Below, one piece after another: positions 14,523 through 28,100 of a stretch of 59,600 bases of DNA (its first letter is position 1; every line of letters starts with the position of its first letter). The notes under the pieces were generated by a model. It saw only the letters and a list, made by a program, of their open reading frames with translations. It was not told the origin of the DNA and made no database searches. A program made the position numbers and the translations under genes. This stretch comes from Gonapodya sp. JEL0774 (Eukaryota), in contig JADIIX010000030.1 of the NCBI GenBank assembly GCA_027604505.1, forward strand, positions 124,001-183,600, given 5' to 3'.

Positions 14523-15698
14523 TCAGAGAGCTCGCTCAACATTGCTACGGAATATTGCACGGTCAATAGCAAATGTTTCCACCAAATCGATCTCCAGGGG
14601 GTGCATTTGACCGGGAATAACAAGAGAGTGTAATGGCGCCCCGAACTCTACATCACGAAGTTGTTCCAAAGTACCAACAACGATTTTTGCATCCACCGAA
14701 CCAACTCTCGCAAGTCCAACTCCAATGGTTGTACCACTATAAACTGAAAGTACCCACAGAAATCCGGTAAAATACACACTGTCACAATGCAGCATGTAGT
14801 CAACGGAGGACCCACCATTCCCTTTGCGACGAGTTTCGACTTCCAGAAGCTGATCAATTGCCTGATTAACAGTCATAAATCTAGGTGATTCATATACTTT
14901 CCGACCACTTTTGACTCTTTTCCTATCAGTTCTTGTAGATTGTTAAGACGAAGGGAAACCCACCGTGCAAGGCTCTCGAGAGTCGGCTCTTTCACTTTGA
15001 TATCTAATAATCATTAGAAATACTGTCATCAGTCGCGTTTCCATCATGAGCAGGCAACTTTGCAGTACCAAGAAGGCAGAGTGTGTGCATCCCATTTGTG
15101 CGATTGATTTTGACTTTGTCGTAAAAGCTGTCCGGCCTCCATGTATCGGTAAAGTAGGGAATCGAGACAGCCATTCCATAATTGTACAATTGAAGTCCGG
15201 AAACCCCGACAGCATTCAAAATTGATGCATTGTGGATCGACTGAACCTGGATCCCGCGCTCTTTTGCCCGCAACACGAGATCTGTGTGAGTTGTGGCACT
15301 AAGAGAGCATGAAAGCGTGGTGTAACAAAGTCTATCATCGCAGTTGCGCTCCTTTGTCCATCTCACCCGTAAGGATCCCCCACCACGAGGAACGAAACGT
15401 TCACCACATCGGCATCCTTCAAAATGGAGTCTGCCTCCGATTCCACCATCTCACGGTCCGCAACAATGAGCTTCTTCCCATAGAACTCTTCCTGGACATG
15501 AATCAGCGAGCATTATGGGTTCCTATGTTTCTGAAGGTGTAGAGCTCGATGCACACCTACCAACTTTCCCGTCCCCACAAGCAGGAGACTGGTGTACGCT
15601 TCCAGGTACACTCGCTCCGACGACTTGACAGCCTCTAGACCTTTGATGCTGATGTCTTTCTCATCGGCGAGGCCCAGACCAACCAGATAAAGTACCAT
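14523..15698 (-). CDS. DPH5: Diphthine methyl ester synthase
   Basis: [86 protein letters not shown]. Multi-exon. Confidence 0.96.
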
Positions 15699-15791
15699 GG
15701 TGGTGCGGAATGTGTTTGCTGCGGTCACCAAGAAACAACTGAAGACCACGGATAAGATAAATCCAAAATCTCCCCTCACATACATCACAGC

Positions 15792-16250
15792 ATGTCACTC
15801 AGGCGGATTCCCGAACGCGTCGTCCCCTCACCCCCATTTTCCCTCATGTGCTCTTTGAGAACATATGCGACCAAGCGTGAAATTCCCCCCTCCCGAACAG
15901 TTCAGAACATCAACGACCCACGGCTCGCCCTCATAAAGTCGATTCTCTACGACAAGGAGACTCAAGCGGATACCACCGCTGCTTCTTTCACAAGACCTCA
16001 AAACAGTGACAAGGTGGAGATTGTGGAAAGGGCTTGGAAAATCGTGCAGCAAAGAAGGAAGGAGAGGGAGCAAGATGATTTGAGACGGAAATACTATGCG
16101 ATGCGGGCGGCAACGGAAGAGTTAGAGAGAACGGATCCTAGATTGTTTAGAGGGGCGACGGAAACGTCGGCAGAAGGTTCCGACGAGGACACTGTTACAA
16201 CATTTGCAGGCGGTATTCGCGTAGCGACAGATACTCCACCAACTTCCTGA
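15792..16250 (+). CDS. Mitochondrial ribosomal protein mL40 (yeast MRPL28 family)
   Basis: Basic presequence-like N-terminus, IVERAWK...[16 protein letters not shown] and C-terminal RVATDTPP, typical of the family. Intronless 152 aa. Confidence 0.75.
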   Translation: MSLRRIPERVVPSPPFSLMCSLRTYATKREIPPSRTVQNINDPRLALIKSILYDKETQADTTAASFTRPQNSDKVEIVERAWKIVQQRRKEREQDDLRRKYYAMRAATEELERTDPRLFRGATETSAEGSDEDTVTTFAGGIRVATDTPPTS

Positions 16251-16299
16251 GTTCTCGTGTATGGAAATTACCAACGGAGCACTTCAATTCAATAACTAT

Positions 16300-17665
16300 C
16301 TACAATCCTTTGTACACGGGGGGTCTCTTTTCGGCCATTGCTTTCAATCCCTCCAATCGATCCTCGGTTGGGATGACTTCGTTGTAACAACGCTGTTCAA
16401 TCTTCAGCCCAGTCGCTCTGTATCGAAGAATTCACGAATGGCAAGGGTCACAGACCGAAATTCGAAAAACAACGAAAGAAAAGCAAATGTAAACTCTCAC
16501 AAATCAATAGAGCCTCCGAGGTTGATAGCAGCCTTCGCAGCACGCAAGGCAACAGGCCCTAATGGTTGCTTTTGAAGCAAGAACGCATAAAAGAACACAA
16601 GTCTTGATTTGCATACCTGCAGCGAGTATTTCCGTGGCGATCTCCAATGCCTTGGCATAAGCATCTTCGACAGCGTGGTTAGCAATTCCCCATTGGACTG
16701 CTGTGGTAGCATCTAACACTCTTCCCGTGAAAATGAGCTCTTTAGACTTCGAAATGCCGATCAGTCTCGATAGACGTTGAGTGCCACCAGCTCCGGGAAT
16801 GATTGCGAGCTTTGTTTCCGGAAGCCCCAGCTGCAAAGGAGATATATGTAGATGATCTCTGAGTCGTCACAGAAACTTCCTAGTAGCAGTGAACTTACAC
16901 GGGCTCCTTTTCCAGCTGTCCGGATATCAGTACAGAGGGCTAGCTCAAGTCCTGCGAAGTGTTAACCTTGAGTGTCTCAAGAGTGTTCGAAATGTTTAAC
17001 ATCAACGAGGTGTATCTCACCACCACCCAAGGCCGCACCTAAATAGATTTTAAGATACGAAGTAAGTATAAGATAGAGCTGAGCCTCAGTGACGTTAGTT
17101 ACCATCCACAGCTGCAAGCGTGGGTTGGGGCAGACTTTCCAACTTCGTGAAAGATTCTCTTAGTTTATCAACAAAAATACCGACTTCTGCTTGGGGCATT
17201 TTGAGTCGCTCCTTCAAATCCGCACCTATTGTATGATGTGCAAATCAACAAACCTTTGGTATTGGAAGCACAATCAACACCATTCTCTTACCAGCAGAAA
17301 ACACTCCAGGCACAAGACTACGTAAGATTACCACTCGCGCTGCCGAATCACTTTTGACAATGTCCAGAGTATCTGAGAACTCTGCGAGCATTTGCCTTGA
17401 GAATGCGTTCTTCACCCGCGGTCGATTGAGGGATATTACTCGGATACCTTAAAGATGGAGCATCGTATTCGCAACAGGTCCGAATCAGAGTATGCTCTAA
17501 CGAATTACCTTGGTGCATGCCTTCCAACTCCTCTAATCTGATCAAGTTTTCGGGATTGTTGTTAACTGCAACCGAAAGGTATCTAAAAGGAAGTCCCGAT
17601 GAAGATGGTGCTGGGACCAGTCGAGAAATACGGTGAAGTCGTTGACTGAGAGGATAGGCGCACAT
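16300..17665 (-). CDS. Enoyl-CoA hydratase/isomerase, methylglutaconyl-CoA hydratase (AUH-like), mitochondrial
   Basis: Spliced [70 protein letters not shown]-terminal [10 protein letters not shown]. Includes an 18-nt microexon near 17022-17039. Confidence 0.9.
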
Positions 17666-17998
17666 TATCAGAGTGGAGCAGTGGGAGCAGAACGGCTATT
17701 TAGTCAGGCGGCAACCGCCGCACACACACACGCCAGACACCCATCGGCAAGCGGAGTGATTCTCAAACATTCCCTGCCAGTAAGCCTTCGGAGACCCTTT
17801 CTTGCAATTTTCAAGCGGGGTTTAATAATGTACCTGAAAATTAATAATGATGCCCTACAATGTCATGACAGATTTCAACAACGAGCAGCCGATGACAGTT
17901 ATTGTAGAAACGCTACAGCATTTTGAAGGACGTTCATTAATGTAATTTGCTGACATGTTCTGTGGAAGTCGAAGATGTCAGGTTGTGCGGCTTCGTGA

Positions 17999-20900
17999 AT
18001 GAAGGATGATGGCCGATCATCCAAACAGGGAATGAGCGAAGACAACCGTTCAGGCGCTTCCTCTCCATCTCCTTCCCTCTCTGCGTCACCATCGCCATCG
18101 AACCAGCAGAGACGGTCAGATGGCCACCGTTTGGCCCTGAACTATCAGCGCCTACTTGAAGACTTTGGGAAGGTCAAGGCTCAAAACTCTGTTTTAAAGC
18201 GAGCAATCATTGAGGTACGCTCCAACACATCAATGAACCTCACTACTGGTTGTATGGCCAGGTTTGTTGAGTCGTTCCTCCCTGTCCCGTCTATGACCAG
18301 GAACAAACCGGGACCAAGTACCTGCAAGTAGAACTGAAGTTGAAAGAAGATGAGATCCGTAAGGTGAGTTTTTTTTGTCATGATCTCTGCGTTTATATTG
18401 CCGACCACTATTCCCGTGCGTGTGTGGGCAATGTCAGGCTCAAGAAGCACACGACATTTCGCGCTTGCACAACGAGCGACTTACGAAGCAGCTCAAAAGT
18501 TTGCAAGACGAGCTCGCGGTAAGTAGTTGAAGCATTTTGCTAGTTCGGGGGAACCGCTCAATTTAGTTGGTGCAGTCGAAGTCTGGCAGCAAACGTCCCG
18601 GAAAGTCTGAAAGTGAGGACCAACAGCGCAGCGTGGAGCAACTGACGTTGGAATTTAGGCGGAAACTAGAAGCATCAGGTGCTTTCTTTATTCTGTTGCT
18701 GCGTTCCGCATTCACCTGGACCAAGGCTCGACCTAGATCGTTTAAACACGGAGCTTCGTGAAGTGAAAGAATATGCTCGTAATTGCGAAACCCAATATGT
18801 CGACGCGAGGAAGCATCTGGAGATCGCGTTGACTAGAGTTGAGGATCTTCAGGGTCAGTTGGAAGCAATGGCTCGGGAGAACCGACAGCATGCTGATGAA
18901 CAAGAGCAGCAAGCACGAAATTTTGATGAGTGAGCTCAGCGCCAACAATTATGCTTTTGGTTTTATTAATGAACGTTTGTTGCAGACGTTTGAAATCTAT
19001 GCGGTCGGAGCAAGCCCATCTCTCGAGGAGGGAAACGCTAGTGCATGGGGTCATCATATGTCTGCGGTCCGATTTGGCAAGTCTAAACTCACGAAACGTT
19101 CTCGTATGGCATGCCGAATTTGTCTCGCATTCTGCAGTTATCTACCAATACCATATCTTTGCGGGGTGCCTTTCACAACTTCTCATCCATCTGGAATTCG
19201 ATTGCCCACTTCCTGCGACAGTTTGCTCTGGCAGATACTAGTGAAATCAACGGAGCGCGCGGCTCAGATGCGACTTCTATGTCCACCGCGCTCGCCGCAG
19301 CTATGGACACCGCCGAAGCTTTCAAAGATGCCATCTCCGTGTATGAGCAAGTGCGGGGAGACGGAGGTCGGGAAGAGGTGAACAATCCCCTCAAGCGCTC
19401 TCATTGGTCCAAACATGCTGACAAGTCTATGCACCAGGATGTTATTTTGGCTAGTAGCCAAGTGGTGAAAGCGTTTGTGCACTTTTTGTCCATGTATACG
19501 GGCTTGGTCGAAGGTGTTCTTCGGAGACAATCCCAAAATGCCACTCCGCACACAGAAATTGAGGAAGGAGCAATCAATGTGTTTCTCAAACGTACTGTCG
19601 CAAACCTTAACAGAACGGCGGAAAGACTTGGTCGTTCATCTGCACGTTCTTGGAAGAAGGGTAAGTTTGTGGGGTCTCCTGGTATCGTTCCGCGTGGTCA
19701 TCTCTGACTGTACTTCTGCTACTCCACGATTGCCAGTTTCCTCCATGGAAACGGAGTTGATGGCGCTGCTCGTGAATTGGTTCATTGATTGGGAAGGTGA
19801 GTGTATAATCGAAAGCTCTTTTATCGTTCTGATCTAGAGTTTCGGAACATTTTGCTACATAAAGCAATTTGGTACGCATTGCAAGCTCAAAATGAAGCTG
19901 CCGTAACTCTCGCAGCACAGGCAGTTATGGTGACAATAATCGATGCCGTGCGAAATTCAAGCTCCGAACTTGTGAGTTTGAGTCTCGTGATGTGATTTAT
20001 GACATTGGCGTGAGTGCTCTTGTTCCAGGGGACCTCCTTGGCGCTACCTGAGCTTGTTACTATTGCGACAAGCATTGGAGGTGAGCACAGGAGGCTGAAG
20101 CGTTTTACGGGAGTTAAATGTGTTCTGATGGAGTTTCACATAAGACAATTACTTCACGATCGCGGAAACCCTCGAGGACAAGGAAGCCTTCTTAAGCGAA
20201 TCTGTGGCGCAAGTCAAGGACTTTTCCGGACGGGTGTCGGACTACGTGTCCCATGTAATTCCAGATTTGGAATCCCAGATTTCGCGGATAATGACGGAGA
20301 AATCGGAATTGGTAGATCGGATTTCGGCCTCTGAGAGAAAGCTGTCAGATTTGGAAACCGAGAGACTGTCTCGTGAGGTCTTGTTCGAGAAGACCACAAA
20401 GCAATTGGAGAAGGAACTGGAGGCAGCGAGGGTTGACGGGGAATCTCTACGCCAAACACTTGCTGGGCAGTCGCGGCAGCTCCTTGAGCAAGGCAAGGAG
20501 ATAGAAAACGTTGTGGCGAAGTCTAAGACGAAGGACGAATGGATTTCCCAATTGGAGCGAACGGTCAAATCGCTACAGCGAAGAGTCAAGGACCCTCCCC
20601 CGTCTGAAGATGGGAACAGAACTTCTGAACTGGCTGCGAAAGCATTTTCCGACGATACAACGGATGTTTTGAACCAATCTACTACCACAAATGAAGTAGA
20701 ATCGCGAGCTGGCCGTGGTGACCCTGCGAGTAATGTGAGTTCTCCGTCGGTGCGTTTGCGCGCACATTTTCATTCACCTCTCCCTACTTCTCAGATTGTT
20801 GTAAATGGAGTCGCCCTTCCTTTGCTGGCAGTGAGTTTATAGACTGATTTTTCATTGGTGGAAGTTCATACCCATTGTGCTCGATCACAGAATTCTTACC

Positions 20901-21037
20901 CGGCGTTTCGAGGGAGTCAGGTTTTGCCTTTGAATAATCTCTCCCGCGAAGAACTAGAAGTAAATGTCCGATACCTCACGGTGAAGCTTCAACGTGCCGA
21001 TAGTTATTTAGCACGCTTATTGCGCCATACCGTTTAA
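17999..21037 (+). CDS. PPP1R21/CCDC128-like coiled-coil protein (KLRAQ domain)
   Basis: Spliced N-terminus NYQRLLEDFGKVKAQNSVLKRAIIEEQ...LKLKEDEIRK...NERLTKQLKSLQDELA parallels the animal PPP1R21 KLRAQ region. The last exon LTVKLQRADS resembles its C-terminal coil. Many short exons; the internal structure is approximate. Confidence 0.72.
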
Positions 21038-21183
21038 GTTTGTTTGTTGGTCTGAAAATTTGCGGTGACGTGGCGGAAATACGTGACCACAGACCCGAAT
21101 GTGAAAGTTGATCGAGCGCGCTCTCTGCAACCTCACCACCCGTTGGATTACCAAACCATCTGGCCTTTTAACAACCCGAACTC

Positions 21184-24100
21184 ATGTCAGGCCACACGCG
21201 AGTCCCAATGGCAGACATGGCGCTCGTACGTCGGATCCCGTCATGTCTCCAGTTGACGAGATCTTCACCAGCGCTTGCGTCGTCTTCCCACCGTCGACCA
21301 TCAAAGCTTGTGACCAACAGATCGTTCGGGTATCTCCCAAAGGTCAGAACACCGACTCTGCCACATAATTGGAAGCCGGACGCACCGCATAGAGTTTATT
21401 TGACTTTAAACGATTCCGTATCTCGGAGACGTGCTACCACTGCCAGAACGCCTGGTGTTGGAATCGCATTGGGCAATCATTTCGATGTTTTTCCACCTGC
21501 ATCATCTCATGGAGACTCAAGGACATCGAATTTTCAACTTCGGGATGGCGCTGTTGGTACTCCGGTAACTCAGATGACAGCCGTCAATCCAGTAGTTTTG
21601 AAGTTCAATCCTGTCCGCCAACTAGCCCTCCCAAGAGCTTTTTTCGATGACGAGAGTGGTCGTGCGCCATCGTCTCCATCGGACGGCGGAAGCGACGGGA
21701 TATCAAATGGGCCACCAGGAGGCAGTGACAATGATGACAGCTCTGGAGGCAGTTCGGGTGGTGCAGGGGGTAAAGGCAGAAAGCGTGGCCCGCCTGGGCC
21801 ACCGCTTCCGCGGGCGAGTGAGCAAACCCAGAAGCACCCAGTCGAAGCTGGCGGTGAAGCAGGTTCCATTGCAAACTCCGGCGGGTCGGCAGCGTCTCCC
21901 CCAGGGGAATCTGATAATGGCAATGGTAGTGGGAGCTCCGGAGACGAAAGTGGGAATGGATCGCAAGGATCCAAAGTCCTGTCACTGCCGACTGCTAGCT
22001 CTCTTGCGCCGGTTCCTTCGGACATCACATCCGGCGCGATCGAGAAACCCCCAATCCCGAAAGAGTACCCTCAACTCCTTGCAATTCCCTTGACACGGCG
22101 GCCCTTATTTCCGGGCTTCTATAAGACTGTTTACATCAAAGATCCGGCGGTGATTGCTGCAATTCACGACCTCGTCGCTCGACGGCAGCCCTATGTTGGT
22201 GTCTTCATGACCAAAGACGATAATTATGAGCCAGACATTGTGTCTGACATGGAGCAAGTGCACCGCATTGGTGTTTTTGCGCAAATTGCCAACGTGTACG
22301 CCAGTGGACCCGACAACTCCGGTCTCACGGTTCTCCTCTATCCGCATCGTCGGATCCGTGCCAATGGACTGGTGTTACCCGAGAAGCTTGTACCTGTTGC
22401 GGAAAACGCGTTGGGAAGTGAAAAGGCGAAAATTGAAGCGGTTGAGAAAATTTTGAGCACAGAGAGTGAGTCCACCTTTGATATTTTACAGCTTTGGGGT
22501 ACGTTGTCTCTCACTACCACGATCTGCTCCATCAGCAAGTGTTGACGAACCCCCTAGCGTGCCTGTCCAGGAAGATGTGGCCGATCCTCTTCACATTTAC
22601 GAATCTGTCAACGTACCGCTCTCCAAGTTCGATGTTTCACTAGCGAATGTTGAAAACCTTGCGGACGAACCTTATAACCCCGACACTCCTCTAGTGAAGG
22701 CAATTACGAACGAGATGCTTAACGTTATGAAGGAGATCTCACAGTTGAACCCTCTCTTCCGAGATCAAATTATTACATTTTCAATTCAGGCAGGAGGTTC
22801 ACTGTTATCCGAACCATCAAGACTTGCGGACTTTGCAGCAGCGGTGTCCAGCGCAGATCCTACTGAGCTCCAAGCCATCCTTGAATCCCTGGTGGTTGAA
22901 GAGCGGCTTCACAAGGCGTTGCTCGTTGTGAAGAAGGAGCTGGCCAATGCAAAGCTGCAACAGGAGATCGCGAAGGAAGTAGACAAGAAAATCACACGAA
23001 AGCAGCAAGAGTATTTCTTGATGGAGCAATTGAAGGGAATCAAGAAGGAACTAGGAATAGACAGTGACGGTAAAGACAAACTCATCGAAAAGTTCAAGGA
23101 ACGAGCGACTGGGTTGCAAATGCCTGAGGCAGTACAGAAGGTTTTTGATGAGGTAAGCATTTGTTGAGATGAGTTTCGTGGCCCAAGTATTTTAAAATTG
23201 GCTGCCTTCTTTGATTACTTAACAGGAAATTCAAAAACTTTCCACCTTAGAATCTGCTGCCTCGGAATTCAATGTGACTCGCAACTATCTGGACTGGATA
23301 ACGCAAATTCCTTGGGGAAAGTATGCTGACGAGAATTTTGAGATTGCACACGCAATCAAGGTTCTGGACGAAGACCACTACGGTTTGAAGGAGGTGAAGG
23401 ATCGGATTCTGGAGTTCATTGCCGTTGGGAAACTTCGCGGTACGGTTGAGGGGAAGATTTTGTGTTTATCAGGACCGCCAGGTAAGTTGCACGAGTGTCC
23501 ACTTGTTGTTAGACTGCCTGACGTGTGTTGTTGAAGGCGTCGGGAAAACGTCCGTCGGGAAGTCTATCGCACGTGCGTTGAACAGGGATTTCTTTCGCTT
23601 CAGTGTCGGTGGTCTGTCAGATGTCGCGGAGATCAAGGGCCACCGACGGACCTATGTTGGAGCGATGCCGGGCAAGGTCATTCAAGCTTTGAAAAAGGTT
23701 CAATCACAGAACCCATTGATCTTGATTGACGAAAGTAAGTGGTCCTCTTTCGCTCAATCACAATATCTCTCTAAACAAAGACGGCAGTCGACAAGCTTGG
23801 CAGGGGCCACCAAGGCGACCCGGCATCTGCATTACTCGAAGTTTTGGATCCTGAGCAGAATAGCTCCTTCTTGGATCACTATATGGACGTCCCGATTGAC
23901 CTGTCGAAAGTCCTGTTCGTTTGCACTGCAAACGTGCTGGAAACCATACCACCCCCACTTCTGGATCGCATGGAAGTAATATCACTTTCGGGCTATGTTG
24001 CGGAAGAAAAAGTCGCTATCTCCGAGAGGTATCTTGCACCGCAAGCTCGAGCATCTTCTGGTCTGCAGGATGCGGACGTGGAGTTGACCACGGATGCTAT

Positions 24101-25054
24101 CGAATCACTCATCAAGTACTATTGCCGTGAAAGTGGGGTTCGAAACCTAAAAAAGCAAATCGAAAAGGTTTATCGGAAAGCCGCATTGCAGATAGTGAAG
24201 GATGCCAGTGCTAACTCCCCATCGGCTGCCGCCCCAGAAGTGGTGTCAGAGGATCTTCAGGATGTACCCACGCCACCCGCATCAGCCGCCGTCGTGGCTC
24301 CTCTGCGCATCACAAGCGACAATTTGAAAACCTACGTGGGAAGCCCTGTTTTCACGAGTGATCGAATGTACGATCACACCCCTGCTGGGGTAGTGATGGG
24401 ACTGGCATGGACTTCGCTAGGGGGGTCCGCATTATATGTGGAGTCGGTTCTCGAAGCGGCAATGACTAAGGACTCGAAACCAAACCTATCGCGGACAGGG
24501 CAGTTGGGGGATGTGATGAAAGAGTCTTCAATGATTGCGTACACGTTCGCAAAAGCTTTCCTCCTTCGAAAAGACCCGCAGAACGACTTCTTTAGTCATG
24601 CAAAAATTCACCTTCACGTTCCCGAGGGTGCAACTCCCAAGGACGGTCCATCAGCAGGTGTCACTATGGCAACCTCCTTGTTGAGTTTGGCCATGAACGA
24701 GCCAGTCTTGCCAAATGTGGCAATGACAGGTGAGCTGACGTTGACTGGGAAAGTTCTGAAGATTGGAGGATTGCGAGGTGAGCTATATTCGGCGATGCTT
24801 TTTTTTGTTAAAAATTCTAATCTTCCTCACATTTGCTTCAATCAGAAAAAACCATCGCGGCCAAAAGGTCCGGAGTTACGAAAATTATCTTCCCAGCTTT
24901 GAATAAAAACGACTGGGATGAGTTTCCTGATTACATTCGGGAAGGAATCAGCGGAATACCCGTTGAAACATATGAGGACATATTTAACATAGTATTTGCG
25001 GCCGAAGAAGAGAGTGCACCAAACATGAATGCGAAAGTACTTGAAGGTGATTGA
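21184..25054 (+). CDS. PIM1: Mitochondrial Lon protease
   Basis: LON N-domain ([10 protein letters not shown]), Walker [25 protein letters not shown], catalytic PKDGPSAG and KIGGLREK. Multi-exon. Confidence 0.96.
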
Positions 25055-25185
25055 CTACTATAGCGTTGTGCCGCAATTCATAACTTATTGCAGCTGTTCA
25101 TAGGTTCTCAGCCAATAATAGATGAAGAAATGTCTGTATAAGTAAATTGTACATAACAACAACAAAAAAAAGAGCAAGCATGGTA

Positions 25186-28100
25186 TTAACTCTTTCGTCT
25201 AATCTTTCTTCCTTGGCGCGCTCTTTGATTTCTGGGAGTGGTGATTGAGACCTTCCGAGATTCCTCGGATAAAGAATCTGTGTCAGATTCTTCATCGTTG
25301 TTTGCGGATTTCTTTTTCCACGAGCTGAAGACAGCTTGGGCACGCTTTCTTTTACAGTAACACGGTTGTGTTTATAACTACGCTGTAGAAATCGGGGACG
25401 AAATCGGCGACACTCACGATTTTAATCTCTGGAATTTCGTTGAAGCTCCGCTGTCCGATGCGATAGGAAGAAATTGGTCGATTCGCGCCTGAATACCTTC
25501 TGCGTCCTTTTGTCGCATGTTACGAATAATGGGCAGGATGACTTCGTCTACTTTTTCCTGCCGCCACCCCAATCGAGTGCCAAGGAAGCTGGAGATATCC
25601 ATAAGGCTAAGTGCACTAACTTGATTGCCAGGGACTCTTTCAAGCACTCACGAGCGAAGCCGATCAACGTCTGGTGCTGCAAAGGACAATCGAACTTGTG
25701 AACTGTCCACAGCGGGGTTAATATACGTGCATCGTACATGGGCATCTGGAAAGTCATCAGGCACCGTCAGGCGCTGGCAGAGTTTGCGCTAACAATGACG
25801 TCGGAACAAGTTAGCCGCCGATCTCTTCATTCAACGTCCATAAGCAACAAACCAGACGCTTGCGCTGAGGAATACGATCCTCCGGGAGCTCTTTCCCGCT
25901 CGCTAAGCGCGAGCAGAATTCTTTGAACTGGATCAGCGCATCTAGTCCGTCCGTGGAGTTCGGTTCTCCAAATTCGTTGATTATTTCCAGAGCAGTTACC
26001 GCGCCAACGCCTTGTAGGCCTTCAGTGTAATCCGAACCGAGAAGGTATGCCAACTGAATTAACTTTGCACGGCTCAGACTCATGTCATTGTCGAGATCAG
26101 CGGCAAGATAGCATTCGACAAATTTGTCACGTGAGAATACGTGCCGATACACTCTGTCTCCTCCAAATAAAAACACATCCGAATCGTCCGTTATAATGCC
26201 CTCCACAAGTCCGAGTCGCAAGAGTTCAGCGCATTGTGCCTCTGCCTCCATAGTCGCTACAATGTACGGAACACCAAAAAGCCGAAGCAGCTCCTGAGAA
26301 TCAGCAACCATCTGGTCGGTGACTTCTTGACCGTGTCTTTCATCCTTTCCCCGCTCGAAATTCAAATGTTGAATTTCTGATTCCAGGTCAGCCCTCACAG
26401 TGGATAAATCCTTGTTCGATACATTAGAAATAAACTTTGCATACTCGTCTTCCTCTTCATTGAGGGTGGTGGACACATCGATCCTCTCTGCATCTTCATC
26501 TCCAGCAAAAGCGTGAGTAGCAGACACAAGTAAGTCGCCGGGGCCGTTGATGCCTTCTAAATCTACAGATTCAAGTAGAACTGTATGGACATGGTTCGAG
26601 TCTTTTCCCGGACTCGGATCAAATTCCGCAGTGCTTCCTCTATTCGAAGCGGAAACTCCAGCTTGAGGTGGTTCGAGAATCTCTGGTAATGTACCGCGAG
26701 AGTGAAGTCTAGGAGATACAATACTACTCAGCAGCATGCGTGGAGGCAGACTCGTATTTAACACTCTGCGTGAAACGACTGCTGGCGAAGATGTTATTGA
26801 TTCGTGTTCGGAATGAGTTGACTTGAATTCCTTATGTGAGTTTTGGGGAAGATTCAAAGAAGGGATATTGAGATTTACAAAGTCCTCAACACGTGCAAGA
26901 CCAATATTTGATAATTGTGGATTTGAGCGATTGGAAGATTTAGCCACGATTTGGGATGGATCCATGTTTACCATTCCTCCATCTGAATCGCTGTCTTCGA
27001 CTTCTAAGAGTCGTTCCCGAGGTCGGCGTGAGCCTCCTGACGCAGACAATGGAATGTCGGAGCTCAGTGTCTCAGGAGATTGCGACCCCACAGGATTCCA
27101 TCCAACTTCTCCATCCAAGTCCCTTGAGTCAATACCCTCTTCCTCTCGTGTCGAGATCTGCGTCTTCCAATGATGTGCCGCCTCGAGAAAGCCTGCCCAG
27201 AAAGCAATGCACTCCGCTTTCTGTCTCAACGCATCAGAGTCACCCATCTTGTCCAGTTTCCGCTTTACAGTGCGCAGTTCATCTGCAATATCATCGAGAT
27301 TTGGCATATTAAGTACACGTCGCATTGATTCTTCGAGTGAGAGATTGTTTGGACTAGGAAAGGTGCTAGGGAATATGCGGCGCACAACATCCGAAGCAAC
27401 TGTGGACCATGTGTTGAGAAACTCCGTGGGACTTGCAAGCTGAGAGGAAGGACCACTGGAAGCCCAAAAATCTGACGCAGGCTGCGTAAGAGATGGGGGA
27501 TTACGGAGCGATGGAGGAGGGGAAGGGGAGTGGGAGTTCGCATTCGGTACTCTATCGTCTTCATCGGAATCGCTCATCACCAGCAAAGGTTTGGAAGACA
27601 TCTTCACTTTCGTTGTACCGCTCAAGCTTTTGGCTGGCACTCCAAAAGTCTCTGTCTCCTGCGATACCTTTTTAGTAAGCAGAGCCGTTATGTGTCCCTT
27701 AGTGGTTGAAAATCCCTCCAAGAGCTCCTCGTCGCCAGAGTCGTCAGATTCGCTCAAAAGCAACAGTGGCTTCCTCACTTTCAGAGCTCGCCTCTGTGTA
27801 GCCCGACCACCACCTTCATCTGTGTCATCATCCCCTTGGAGGCCCGACAATTCTTGGTTGAAACCGGATATCTCCGTCACTTCTGAGTTCGGTGCAGGCC
27901 CTTGGTCCTCCACCGCCGTAATTTGGTCAATGGCAGCAATCATGTCCAATGTTTCTTGGTCCAGCCGACCGCCACTACCTTGCTCATCAATATCTTCAAT
28001 AAGATGGTCGGCGCTGTGCATGTCAACATCCTCGAACTCCTCCGCACGGTTGAGAGAGTCCCAGTTCATGTCTACATCTTCAAACTCTTCTTCCTCATCA

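Noticed and set aside
6035..21037. Functional cluster of two PP1 regulatory subunits and RNA-decay genes
   Set aside because: The genes are interspersed with unrelated housekeeping genes; there is no evidence beyond proximity.
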